Of a stretch of 64,000 bases of DNA, positions 20,179-30,266 are shown one piece after another. The notes under the pieces are model-generated. The model had not been told where the DNA came from and made no database searches. It worked only from the letters and a program-made list of their open reading frames with translations. Location of the stretch: the NCBI GenBank assembly GCA_965230295.1, contig OZ246001.1:3936001-4000000 (forward strand), in the 5' to 3' direction. Both the position numbers and the translations under genes were made by a program. The DNA comes from Marinicella sp. (GTDB lineage Bacteria > Pseudomonadota > Gammaproteobacteria > Xanthomonadales > Marinicellaceae). Position 1 is the stretch's first letter, and the number at the start of each line of letters is the position of its first letter.

Positions 20179-21647
20179 GTCAAGTTCCTGATGTATGGTG
20201 AAAGCCGGTAGCGATCATCACCAAACCATTTTTGTAAATTTTCTAAAGCAGTGGCGACATGATTCCACCCCAACTCTTCGGCAAATGCCAACAGTCCCTT
20301 GGGATAATTGACACCATAACGCATGGCCAAATCGACATCTTTGGCAGTACAAACACCATTGAAAACAGCATCAGCAGCCTCATTGATCAACATCGCCATG
20401 GTTCTTAATGCAATCATGCCAGGTTGATCAGCAGATTCTATCACTTGTTTGCCCATCTTATTGAACACCGCGACGATGCGATTGCGCATGAATTGATTTA
20501 CTGATGGACTGAAACAAAGGTTTACCGATTGGCTTTTCTGATAATCAAAAGACAGATCGACCAAACAGACAGGCAAGCCATTTTCTCGTTCTATATCTTT
20601 GGCTAAACGACCGTCACACATTTGCAGCAGACAACCACTGATGATGACTTCATCACCTTCCCATTTGCGCTTATCGTATTCGAATTCACAAAACATTTCA
20701 CTGAAGAAGGTCATTTCTTCAGGCACTGTGATTTGATCAAACTCAGCTTCACTGTGGATGTATTCAACCTTCGGTTTGGCAGCACCATCTGCGTGCTTAT
20801 AAAACCCCTGATTGGTTTTTTTACCCAGCAAATTGGCATTGACCATTTCACTTTGAATCAACGATGGTCTGAATTTAGGGTCGTTATGCATGGCTTGATA
20901 AACGGTTTTGCTGACTGCGTAATTGATGTCAATACCAATCAAATCCATCAATGCAAATGGTCCCATCCTGAACCCAGCTGCTTCAGTCATTACCGCATCA
21001 ATGTGGTAAAAAGTGGCCAGTTGTTCTTGTAACATTTTCAATGTTTCACCGTAATAGGAACGGGCCACCCTATTAACAATAAACCCTGGGGACGAATTGG
21101 TTACTACCGCTGTCTTTTTCCATGTAGAACATATTGATTTGGCTTGACTGATATGGTCTTGATGGGTCAGCTGTCCTGTAACCAGTTCAACCAATTTCAT
21201 CACCGGTGCCGGATTAAAAAAATGCATGCCAAACAATCGACCGGGTTCTTTCAAAGCAGCTGCAATGGCAGTGATGGAAATCGAAGAAGTGTTGGTCGCT
21301 AATAACGCTTCGCTTGAGGTGATGACTTCCAGTTTTTTGAACAATTCCTGCTTGATTGAAAGGTCTTCAACAATGGCCTCAATAACCAAATCGCAAGCGC
21401 TGAAATGAGCCAGGTCATCTACCAACTCAATGCGGCCCATCAAATCGGCGATCTGTTCTTTGGTGATTTTGCCACGAAATGCCCTTCTCTTAAGTCGATC
21501 GTGAAGCTTTTCCATCGCACCTTGGGCAAATTCCTGACTGAGGTCATACAAAACCACATGCTGACCAAAGCTGGCAGCGACTTCACAAATACCGATCCCC
21601 ATGGTACCGGCTCCAACAACACCTACATTGTTTATTGATTCACTCAT
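20175..21647 (-). CDS. paaH: 3-hydroxyadipyl-CoA dehydrogenase
   Basis: GAGTMGIG, EAIVEDL, TNTSSISIT, MHFFNPAP, duplicated C-terminal domain. Confidence 0.93.
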   Translation of the reverse strand: MSESINNVGVVGAGTMGIGICEVAASFGQHVVLYDLSQEFAQGAMEKLHDRLKRRAFRGKITKEQIADLMGRIELVDDLAHFSACDLVIEAIVEDLSIKQELFKKLEVITSSEALLATNTSSISITAIAAALKEPGRLFGMHFFNPAPVMKLVELVTGQLTHQDHISQAKSICSTWKKTAVVTNSSPGFIVNRVARSYYGETLKMLQEQLATFYHIDAVMTEAAGFRMGPFALMDLIGIDINYAVSKTVYQAMHNDPKFRPSLIQSEMVNANLLGKKTNQGFYKHADGAAKPKVEYIHSEAEFDQITVPEEMTFFSEMFCEFEYDKRKWEGDEVIISGCLLQMCDGRLAKDIERENGLPVCLVDLSFDYQKSQSVNLCFSPSVNQFMRNRIVAVFNKMGKQVIESADQPGMIALRTMAMLINEAADAVFNGVCTAKDVDLAMRYGVNYPKGLLAFAEELGWNHVATALENLQKWFGDDRYRLSPYIRNLT

Positions 21648-22450
21648 TATCGGCCTTTAAAAATTGGTTTTCTTTTTTCATTGAATGCAGCAACACCTTC
21701 AGCAAAATCATCGCTCAATCCACATATCCGTTGCACATCTCTTTCCCTGTCCAGGTGTTCACCATAACGGTTACTGAAGGACTCATCAAAAATGTTCTTG
21801 ATGAATGACAGGGCCCGGGTTGGTCTTGATGCCAGCTGAGTCACCAATTCATCAACCTGCTGCTCAAAAGATTCGTCTTCATATGTCTGGTATATCATGC
21901 CCATAGCCACCGCTTCATCGGCACTAACAGGAGTACCTAGCATGGTGATGGCTTTGGCTCGAGCTAAACCGACTAATTTGGCCAACACCCATGTCCCGTT
22001 ACAATCAGGAATCAATCCTATTGATGAAAAAGCCTGGATAAATTTTGCCGACTTTTTAGCAACCACAATATCGCAATTCAATGCCATGTTTGCACCCGCT
22101 CCGGCTGCAACTCCATTCACTGCACAAACCACTGGTGCTTGAATGGCTTTCAACAACCTGAGGTTTTTATTGAATCCATTTTCAAGCTTTTCACCTAAAT
22201 CAGTTTTTTCACCTTGTTTGGTCAAACGTTCACCCAAATCTGCACCAGCACTGAAACCGCGACCTTCACCGGTTAAAAGGACACACCTCACTTCACCATG
22301 ATTGACAATGTCATTGAGCACGAGATGGAGTTCTTGATGCATTTGATCTGAAAATGAATTTAATTTATCGGGTCGGTTTAGGGTGATGGTGGCGATCTGC
22401 CGGTCGATCACATATTTGATGGTTTGTAAGTCTTTAAAAAGATCCGTCAT
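21647..22450 (-). CDS. paaG: Ring-1,2-epoxyphenylacetyl-CoA isomerase (crotonase family)
   Basis: LNRPDKLNSF, GFSAGADL, NGVAAGAGANMAL, GLIPD; first gene of the paa operon. Confidence 0.9.
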   Translation of the reverse strand: MTDLFKDLQTIKYVIDRQIATITLNRPDKLNSFSDQMHQELHLVLNDIVNHGEVRCVLLTGEGRGFSAGADLGERLTKQGEKTDLGEKLENGFNKNLRLLKAIQAPVVCAVNGVAAGAGANMALNCDIVVAKKSAKFIQAFSSIGLIPDCNGTWVLAKLVGLARAKAITMLGTPVSADEAVAMGMIYQTYEDESFEQQVDELVTQLASRPTRALSFIKNIFDESFSNRYGEHLDRERDVQRICGLSDDFAEGVAAFNEKRKPIFKGR

Positions 22451-22746
22451 GGTGTCCCCAATGGTCAAATTTCTTAATGGCATTATTATACTTTAGTTTT
22501 GACTTTTGCATTGAACCAGAACCGTCTTTTTCAAAGAAAAAAACGCGGGTTTTTTGGTGTTTGATTGATGACTGCCTGATTCAAAGTGATCAAACCATGA
22601 CAAAATATGGTCACTCAAGCCAACTTTATGTCAGTTAATTGATTATCAGCAAGATAATGACAAAACATTTGAGTGACCCTGGCATTCAATTTACTTTTTA
22701 CAGCCCATCCTTTAAACTGATTGTTGTGTGTAAAGTGTGTGTCCAT

Positions 22747-24174
22747 GTGAAGTTTCTTATACTTCTGCTGGGCTGTGTTCCTTGGCTGTTAAAAGCTCAA
22801 GACCTAACAGCCAAAGAAGAAGTGTTTGATAAACCAGAATCAATCAAATACTGTATTGATCCTAAATGGTTCCCATATGAAAGTATTGATCAAAACCAAC
22901 ACATAGGCATATCTTCTGATTTCATTCAACTATTTCAAGCACATACTGGTATAAAAGCTGAATTGGTCATCACCAAGAATTGGCTACACACTATAGATCT
23001 TTTGAAACAAGGCATGTGTGATTTGACACCGATGCTTAATTACACCGAAGAACGTGCTCAATTTCTTGAATTCAGTGAGGTTTGGTACCGCTCACCTAAT
23101 GTCTTGATTTCTCTAAAAGATGAACCATTCTTACAAGGCCTGGAAAACTTAGAAAGCCGATCTGTGGCCTTGACTGAAGGTTATCGGATAACCGGCTATG
23201 TCAGCAAACATTATCCACAGATTGATTACATCGAAGTTCCTGACGAAGTCACAGGCATTCAATCAGTGCGCAGTGAAGATGTTGATGTTTTTATTGGTAG
23301 CATGTTATCAGTCAACAATTACATTCAAGTCAACGGATACCATGAACTACAGATTGCTGGATGGGCTGGACCAGAAGATTTATTTCGTGTAGGTGTCACC
23401 AAACAAAACATTGCATTGATTCCAATCTTCAATGATTTCATCATGCAAATCAGTGAAGCAGAAAGAATCAGCATGCATAAAAAATGGAACAACATCACTT
23501 TTGTTGATAACACCAATTACGCACTGATGAAAAACATCATCATCATATTCAGCCTGATTGCATTGAGCGGTATTATGTATAACTTATTGATCAGAAAAGT
23601 TAATCGAAAACTGGTTATACAAAATCAAGAGCTCACCAGACTCAAATCCGAATTAACCAAGAGCAATCAGGAGCTGCTGTTTTTAACCCACCACGACCTG
23701 TTAACCCAGGTGTATAACCGGCATTATTTCAATCAGGTTATTGATCAATCTGACACCCAAATTGACACCAAGAACCCACTTTGTTTGGTGTTTTTTGATA
23801 TTGATCACTTTAAATCCATCAATGACCTGTATGGACACACCATGGGTGACAAGGTACTTAAAGCCATTGCATCTTCCGTAAAGAAACTGCTATCTGAAGA
23901 ACATATTCTGGTCCGCTGGGGAGGAGAAGAATTTATCATTCTGTGTCAGCAAACCGATGAATTAGGTGCCCGCAGACTGTGTCAGAATATCAAGCACAGC
24001 TTAAGAAACCTGAACATTAATCCCATAGACTCCATCACCTGTAGTTTTGGGATTGCCAAAAAACTGCCAGATGAGTCAGTAATGAGGTGCATTGAACGGG
24101 CAGATCGGGCCATGTATCAAGCCAAATCCAATGGACGCAACCAAATCATAACTGATCAGATGACAGGATCATGA
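22747..24174 (+). CDS. Diguanylate cyclase with periplasmic solute-binding (family 3) sensor
   Basis: YCIDPKWFPYE SBP domain, TM helix, DIDHFKSIND, RWGGEEF; GTG at 22747 gives a signal peptide (track starts at 22639). Confidence 0.9.
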   Translation: MKFLILLLGCVPWLLKAQDLTAKEEVFDKPESIKYCIDPKWFPYESIDQNQHIGISSDFIQLFQAHTGIKAELVITKNWLHTIDLLKQGMCDLTPMLNYTEERAQFLEFSEVWYRSPNVLISLKDEPFLQGLENLESRSVALTEGYRITGYVSKHYPQIDYIEVPDEVTGIQSVRSEDVDVFIGSMLSVNNYIQVNGYHELQIAGWAGPEDLFRVGVTKQNIALIPIFNDFIMQISEAERISMHKKWNNITFVDNTNYALMKNIIIIFSLIALSGIMYNLLIRKVNRKLVIQNQELTRLKSELTKSNQELLFLTHHDLLTQVYNRHYFNQVIDQSDTQIDTKNPLCLVFFDIDHFKSINDLYGHTMGDKVLKAIASSVKKLLSEEHILVRWGGEEFIILCQQTDELGARRLCQNIKHSLRNLNINPIDSITCSFGIAKKLPDESVMRCIERADRAMYQAKSNGRNQIITDQMTGS

Positions 24175-24272
24175 TTCGCATTAAAATCGTTCTTTAACTT
24201 TATCCAACGACTTGCCTACGGTACGAAGGGAATCGGATATCTGATACAATCAGATTTATTTAGGTTTGTGCC

Positions 24273-25823
24273 ATGTCAAAGTTTACCCCCATATTCTGCG
24301 TATTGCTCAGCACTGTTTCACATGCATTCACATGGCCTGAAGCCACGCCAGAACAAGTTGGTTTGGATCCTGAATATATTGAATCAGCCATTGAAATGAT
24401 TGAATCAGGTGATGTTGGCCAAATCAGATCCCTGATTATTATTAAAGATGGCTATCTAGTTACAGAAAAGTATTTTAGTAACCAGGGTGAAAAAAGACCC
24501 GTCTATTCGGTGACCAAAAGTATTGGGTCCGCTCTACTTGGCATAGCCAAATACCAAGGAGCAGACATCAATTTAAATGACCCCATGATGAGCTATTTGC
24601 CACAGTACAATGACATCCCAAATATTTTGCAAGTGCAAGCCGTTACGTTACATGATTTGTTGGCACAACGACATGGATACAACTGGGATGAATGGATTGT
24701 CCCATATGGCAACCCCAACAACCCTGTTTCGCAAATGCTGCGCCAGTTCGATTGGTATCGGTTTGCACTTCAGTGGCCTATCTTTCAGGCACCCGATCAA
24801 TTTTTTGCCTACAGCACGGGACATTCTTCATTGATGAGCCCAATACTCGAGAATCGAACTGGCAGAGATGTCTACGAGTTTGCTACCAATGAACTTTTTG
24901 AACCGTTAGGAATCACTGACACTCATTGGGAATTGATAGACGGTGGAGGCACCCAGGGACAGGGCATCGCGTCATTCCCTTACGGCACCGAACCACTGGG
25001 ATTTGGTTTGTGGTTAAAGCCCATTGATATGGCAAAAGTTGGAGAGCTATACCGCCTCAATGGAGTTTGGGGCGGAACCCGCATACTCAGTTCAGAATGG
25101 GTTGAAAAATCTGTCCAAAGATACAGTGACGGTAACAGTGACAGCAGTGTATTTTCTGACGAATTCAGTGGTTATGGATATCAATGGTGGAGCTTGCGGT
25201 TTGTAGATCGCTTGAACCAAACTACGGACACTTATTACGCTGATGGATATGGCAGACAGTTCATCATGGTCATGCCAGAATTGAATGCCACCATCGTCTC
25301 CACAGCAGACGACTATGGAGTACGTGGCCCTGGAATTGGAACCGTCTTACGCGAACACTTGTTATTGGCATTTGACCGCGGAGAACAAAGTGCCATCAAC
25401 ATCACCCATGATTTAAACGGCTCATGGTACTGGCCAGAAAACACAGGACAAGGCATTGATTTCCAAATCCTGAATGAAGGCAACACCATTGCCGGTTATT
25501 GGTATACCTATGAGCAAGAAGGGGGTGCTCAACGCTGGTTTGCATTCCAAGGCGATGTCAATAGCGACTTAGCCACATTCAACATTTACAGCACTGCAGG
25601 TGGTGGTTTCGTTGTGGGTGAAACACCTGAGATAGCTGTTTGGGGCGTGGGATCTTTGCTGGCTTACGACTGTTTTTCCGGGTTATTCAGGTATGAATCA
25701 AGCTCTGAGGGAGTCAGTGGCGAAATTCCGCTGACAAGACTTTCCGCCTCAACAGGTGCATGCTTAGAGAACACCAAAAAGAACTCTAAAAAGAAGAATA
25801 ACAGATATGGATACATCCCATAA
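24273..25823 (+). CDS. Secreted serine hydrolase (class C beta-lactamase/PBP fold) with extra C-terminal beta-rich domain
   Basis: Signal peptide, SVTK (SxxK), FAYST, LFEPLGI, YGYQWW, ADGYGRQ; tail domain GSWYWPENTGQG...YWYTYE...PLTRL. Confidence 0.88.
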   Translation: MSKFTPIFCVLLSTVSHAFTWPEATPEQVGLDPEYIESAIEMIESGDVGQIRSLIIIKDGYLVTEKYFSNQGEKRPVYSVTKSIGSALLGIAKYQGADINLNDPMMSYLPQYNDIPNILQVQAVTLHDLLAQRHGYNWDEWIVPYGNPNNPVSQMLRQFDWYRFALQWPIFQAPDQFFAYSTGHSSLMSPILENRTGRDVYEFATNELFEPLGITDTHWELIDGGGTQGQGIASFPYGTEPLGFGLWLKPIDMAKVGELYRLNGVWGGTRILSSEWVEKSVQRYSDGNSDSSVFSDEFSGYGYQWWSLRFVDRLNQTTDTYYADGYGRQFIMVMPELNATIVSTADDYGVRGPGIGTVLREHLLLAFDRGEQSAINITHDLNGSWYWPENTGQGIDFQILNEGNTIAGYWYTYEQEGGAQRWFAFQGDVNSDLATFNIYSTAGGGFVVGETPEIAVWGVGSLLAYDCFSGLFRYESSSEGVSGEIPLTRLSASTGACLENTKKNSKKKNNRYGYIP

Positions 25824-25849
25824 AAAACGGGCTCAAGGCCCGCTTTTTT
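25822..25849. terminator. Intrinsic terminator between convergent genes
   Basis: AAAAAACGGGC-tcaag-GCCCGCTTTTTT. Confidence 0.85.
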
Positions 25850-25868
25850 CATAACATAGATGTGCTGA

Positions 25869-26681
25869 CTATCCACCCAATAGGCCGTTGAGATAACCCA
25901 TCTTCCAGGCACCGGCAACAGCACCACCCAATACGATAAGGGTGATGATCCATTTCATCATACCACCGCCACTTTCAGCAGGAACTGAATGGCTGGCTGT
26001 ATTGGTGGATTTCGGCGGGGCAGTTTTTTTCGAACCTCCTTCTAAAGCAGGATCAGTCATGCCAGGTGTTTGAACCAAAAATCTGATGTTATCTAACTTC
26101 AGTTCATCGCCTACATTCAAGTCTGCTTTTTCAATCTTCTCACCGTTGACGTACGTGCCATTTGAAGAACCCAAATCAGTGACGACCAATCCATCAGCTT
26201 CGGCATCAATTTGAGCATGCTTTCTTGAAATGCCATCTGCATTGACACAGATATGACACTCTGAATGGCGACCAATAATGGTGGCGCCTCTTAAAGGGTA
26301 AGTTTTTCCGAAATAAGCACCAGAAACACCCCTTAAAATAAACTTAGGTAATGCCATTCTGACTCGGGTGCGGTTGTCATCTTCTTCTTCAACAGCTTCC
26401 TCTGTAGGCATGGCTTTCATGTGAACTTGAGCCGCAATTAACAAATCACCTTCCCTGACTTCCTTGGAACTTTTAACCAACTTACCGTTGACCGATATCA
26501 ATCTGGCCTCATTATCAATACTGACTGCACAATCACTGCCATCCAAAGTGATGGTGGCATGTATGCCTCCCAAGCCTTTGTTTTCAATCCTGATATCAGC
26601 ATGCTCTGAACTACCCAGGGTGTATTTGCCGGTTTGTAGCTGAACATCTGGGTGATCACCATGAGGAAAATGTATTTTCAT
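25869..26681 (-). CDS. Tandem FHA-domain protein with C-terminal TM anchor
   Basis: Second FHA canonical (IGR..ISRKHA..DLGSSNGTYVNG), first degenerate; DNRTRVR linker; C-terminal hydrophobic helix. Confidence 0.88.
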   Translation of the reverse strand: MKIHFPHGDHPDVQLQTGKYTLGSSEHADIRIENKGLGGIHATITLDGSDCAVSIDNEARLISVNGKLVKSSKEVREGDLLIAAQVHMKAMPTEEAVEEEDDNRTRVRMALPKFILRGVSGAYFGKTYPLRGATIIGRHSECHICVNADGISRKHAQIDAEADGLVVTDLGSSNGTYVNGEKIEKADLNVGDELKLDNIRFLVQTPGMTDPALEGGSKKTAPPKSTNTASHSVPAESGGGMMKWIITLIVLGGAVAGAWKMGYLNGLLGG

Positions 26682-26763
26682 AATTTATGACCTGTTAAAC
26701 TTTCGATTGATTATAGCAAACAATTACCGCATGACAAATGTTCTTATCATGCAGTTCATTGTA

Positions 26764-28149
<1,386 letters not shown>

Positions 28150-28163
28150 TCAGTGGTCACAAC

Positions 28164-28874
28164 TTAATTAAACTCATCTTTTTCCCACATGAATGGTTGC
28201 TTCTCAGAACTGTGTTTGGTCAACCATTGTTGGTGTGCATCGATTTCTTCGGCATTGGCTGCCACGACTTGTAAGGGTGGCAAGTCAGTCAAATCAAAAG
28301 CCGTGCCTAATTGTGATTCATTGTTCTCATTGCTTAAATCAAGTTTGGTCTGCCCACCTGTCATGGCCAAGTAGACTTGTGCCAATATTTCTGAATCTAA
28401 CAAAGCGCCATGTAAAGTCCTGTGCTCATTGCTGATGCCATACCTTTTACACAAGGCGTCTAAGTTGTTCTTCGCACCTGGGTGTTTCTTTTTGGCGTAT
28501 TCTAAGCTGTCGGTGATGGTACAGATGTCTTCCAGTTGGAAATCTTTACCACATAGGCTTAATTCGTGGTTGATAAACCCCACATCAAATGGCGCGTTGT
28601 GGATCACCAGTTCAGCACCCTCAACAAAAGCCACAAACTCATCAACAACGCGTGAAAAAAGCGGTTTATCAGCCAAAAAATCATTACTCAAACCATGAAC
28701 TTCCAAGGCTTCAGCATCCACTTGAAACATGGGGTTGATGTATTGGTGGTAGTGTTCATCAGTGACTTCTCGATTGACCACAACCAGCGCTCCAATTTCG
28801 ATGATTCTGTGTCCGTCTTGTGGCTTCAAACCAGTGGTCTCAGTATCTAACATGATGAGTTTATTATTGATCAT
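28164..28874 (-). CDS. dnaQ: DNA polymerase III epsilon subunit
   Basis: LDTETTG, HRIIEIG, IHNAPFD, NNLDALCKRY, HGALLD, MTGGQT. Confidence 0.98.
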   Translation of the reverse strand: MINNKLIMLDTETTGLKPQDGHRIIEIGALVVVNREVTDEHYHQYINPMFQVDAEALEVHGLSNDFLADKPLFSRVVDEFVAFVEGAELVIHNAPFDVGFINHELSLCGKDFQLEDICTITDSLEYAKKKHPGAKNNLDALCKRYGISNEHRTLHGALLDSEILAQVYLAMTGGQTKLDLSNENNESQLGTAFDLTDLPPLQVVAANAEEIDAHQQWLTKHSSEKQPFMWEKDEFN

Positions 28875-29332
28875 TGAATCCGCTCCGCTTCTGTTCTTGC
28901 AGCTTCATCGACTGCTTCATTTTGTGGGTGTCCAGAGTGACCCTTGACCCAAAACCAGTTGATTTTATGTTGGCTCAATTGTTGGTCCAACAACCGCCAC
29001 AAATCTACATTCTTAACTGGGTCTTTCTTATTTCTCATCCAATTTTTGGCTTTCCAGTTTTTCATCCATTCTTGCGCGCCATCCATGACATATTTTGAAT
29101 CGGTATAAAGATCAATTTCACACCTTTCTTTGAGTGTTTTCAATGCTTCAATGACCGCGGTCAATTCCATGCGATTGTTGGTGGTTTCTTTGGCATGCCC
29201 CACAATCATTTTCTCGGTTGATTTATAATTCAATAAGGCCGCCCATCCACCAGGACCGGGGTTTCCTAAACATGATCCATCAGTGTAAATTTTTATTTTC
29301 TTGGGTGGTCGTTTTGATTCCATTACATTCAC
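28871..29332 (-). CDS. rnhA: Ribonuclease HI
   Basis: YTDGSCLGNPGPGGW, TTNNRMEL, WVKGHSGH. Confidence 0.98.
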   Translation of the reverse strand: MNVMESKRPPKKIKIYTDGSCLGNPGPGGWAALLNYKSTEKMIVGHAKETTNNRMELTAVIEALKTLKERCEIDLYTDSKYVMDGAQEWMKNWKAKNWMRNKKDPVKNVDLWRLLDQQLSQHKINWFWVKGHSGHPQNEAVDEAARTEAERIQ

Positions 29333-29405
29333 TTGTAATTAAAAAGTTTATCGTGCATGATAAATCATTTATGTCACAAAAAACACCTCAATTCATAGCT
29401 AAATC

Positions 29406-30173
29406 ATGTCCATTCAAATAACCCCCATTCCTGCATTCAATGACAACTATATTTGGCTCTTGCACAATGAAAAACATGCCGTGGCTGTAGATCCTGGCGA
29501 TGCTGAACCTGTTAATAAATTTTTAGCCGACAACAACCTTCAATTAATCCAGATTTTGATCACCCACCACCATTGGGATCATGTCAATGGACTCGAAGAA
29601 TTACAAACAATGTGGTCATGTGAAGTTTTTTCACCCAGAGATGAAAGGGTTCCAGGAAACCTAACCCATGTGGATGAAGGCGACTTGGTCTATTTGCCAG
29701 AATTAGACATCAAATTATCCGTACTCTCTACACCAGGACACACCTCAACCCACATCTGTTACTACAATGACCAGTGGTTGTTTTGTGGAGACACTTTATT
29801 CAGCATGGGTTGTGGTCGCATGTTTGAAGGAACCCCAGAACAGTTCAATACCTCATTAGAAAAGTTGAAAAAACTGTCACCTGACACACAGGTATATTGC
29901 ACCCATGAATACACCTTAAGCAACATCGATTTTGCTTTATCAATTGAACCAAACAACAAAGAAATGGTGGTCTTAAAAGCTGAAATTAGAAACAAAAGAC
30001 AAAACAACCAACCAAGCTTGCCAACCACCATGAAACGCGAAACTCAACTCAACCCCTTCCTCAGGACTGAAGATGCCAGTTTCCGCCAACTGCTCTCTGA
30101 TATACGCAAAGTGAACATCAATGACAAAGTGACGTGTTTTGCCATGCTGAGACGATTGAAGGATCATTTTTGA
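29406..30173 (+). CDS. gloB: Hydroxyacylglutathione hydrolase (glyoxalase II)
   Basis: PAFNDNYIW, THHHWDH, TPGHT, GDTLFSMGCGR, CTHEYT, NPFLR. Confidence 0.97.
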   Translation: MSIQITPIPAFNDNYIWLLHNEKHAVAVDPGDAEPVNKFLADNNLQLIQILITHHHWDHVNGLEELQTMWSCEVFSPRDERVPGNLTHVDEGDLVYLPELDIKLSVLSTPGHTSTHICYYNDQWLFCGDTLFSMGCGRMFEGTPEQFNTSLEKLKKLSPDTQVYCTHEYTLSNIDFALSIEPNNKEMVVLKAEIRNKRQNNQPSLPTTMKRETQLNPFLRTEDASFRQLLSDIRKVNINDKVTCFAMLRRLKDHF

Positions 30174-30266
30174 TGGATTGACCTGTGAAACAGTGAATGC
30201 CAACAAATGATTGGCCTTATAAATCAAAAAGTTGTATCATTATTATATAGTTTTTTAACCCAAATA

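Noticed and set aside
24273-25823. AmpC antibiotic-resistance gene
   Set aside because: It has SxxK but YST and ADG replace the AmpC YxN and KTG motifs, which fits the broader esterase/amidase group.
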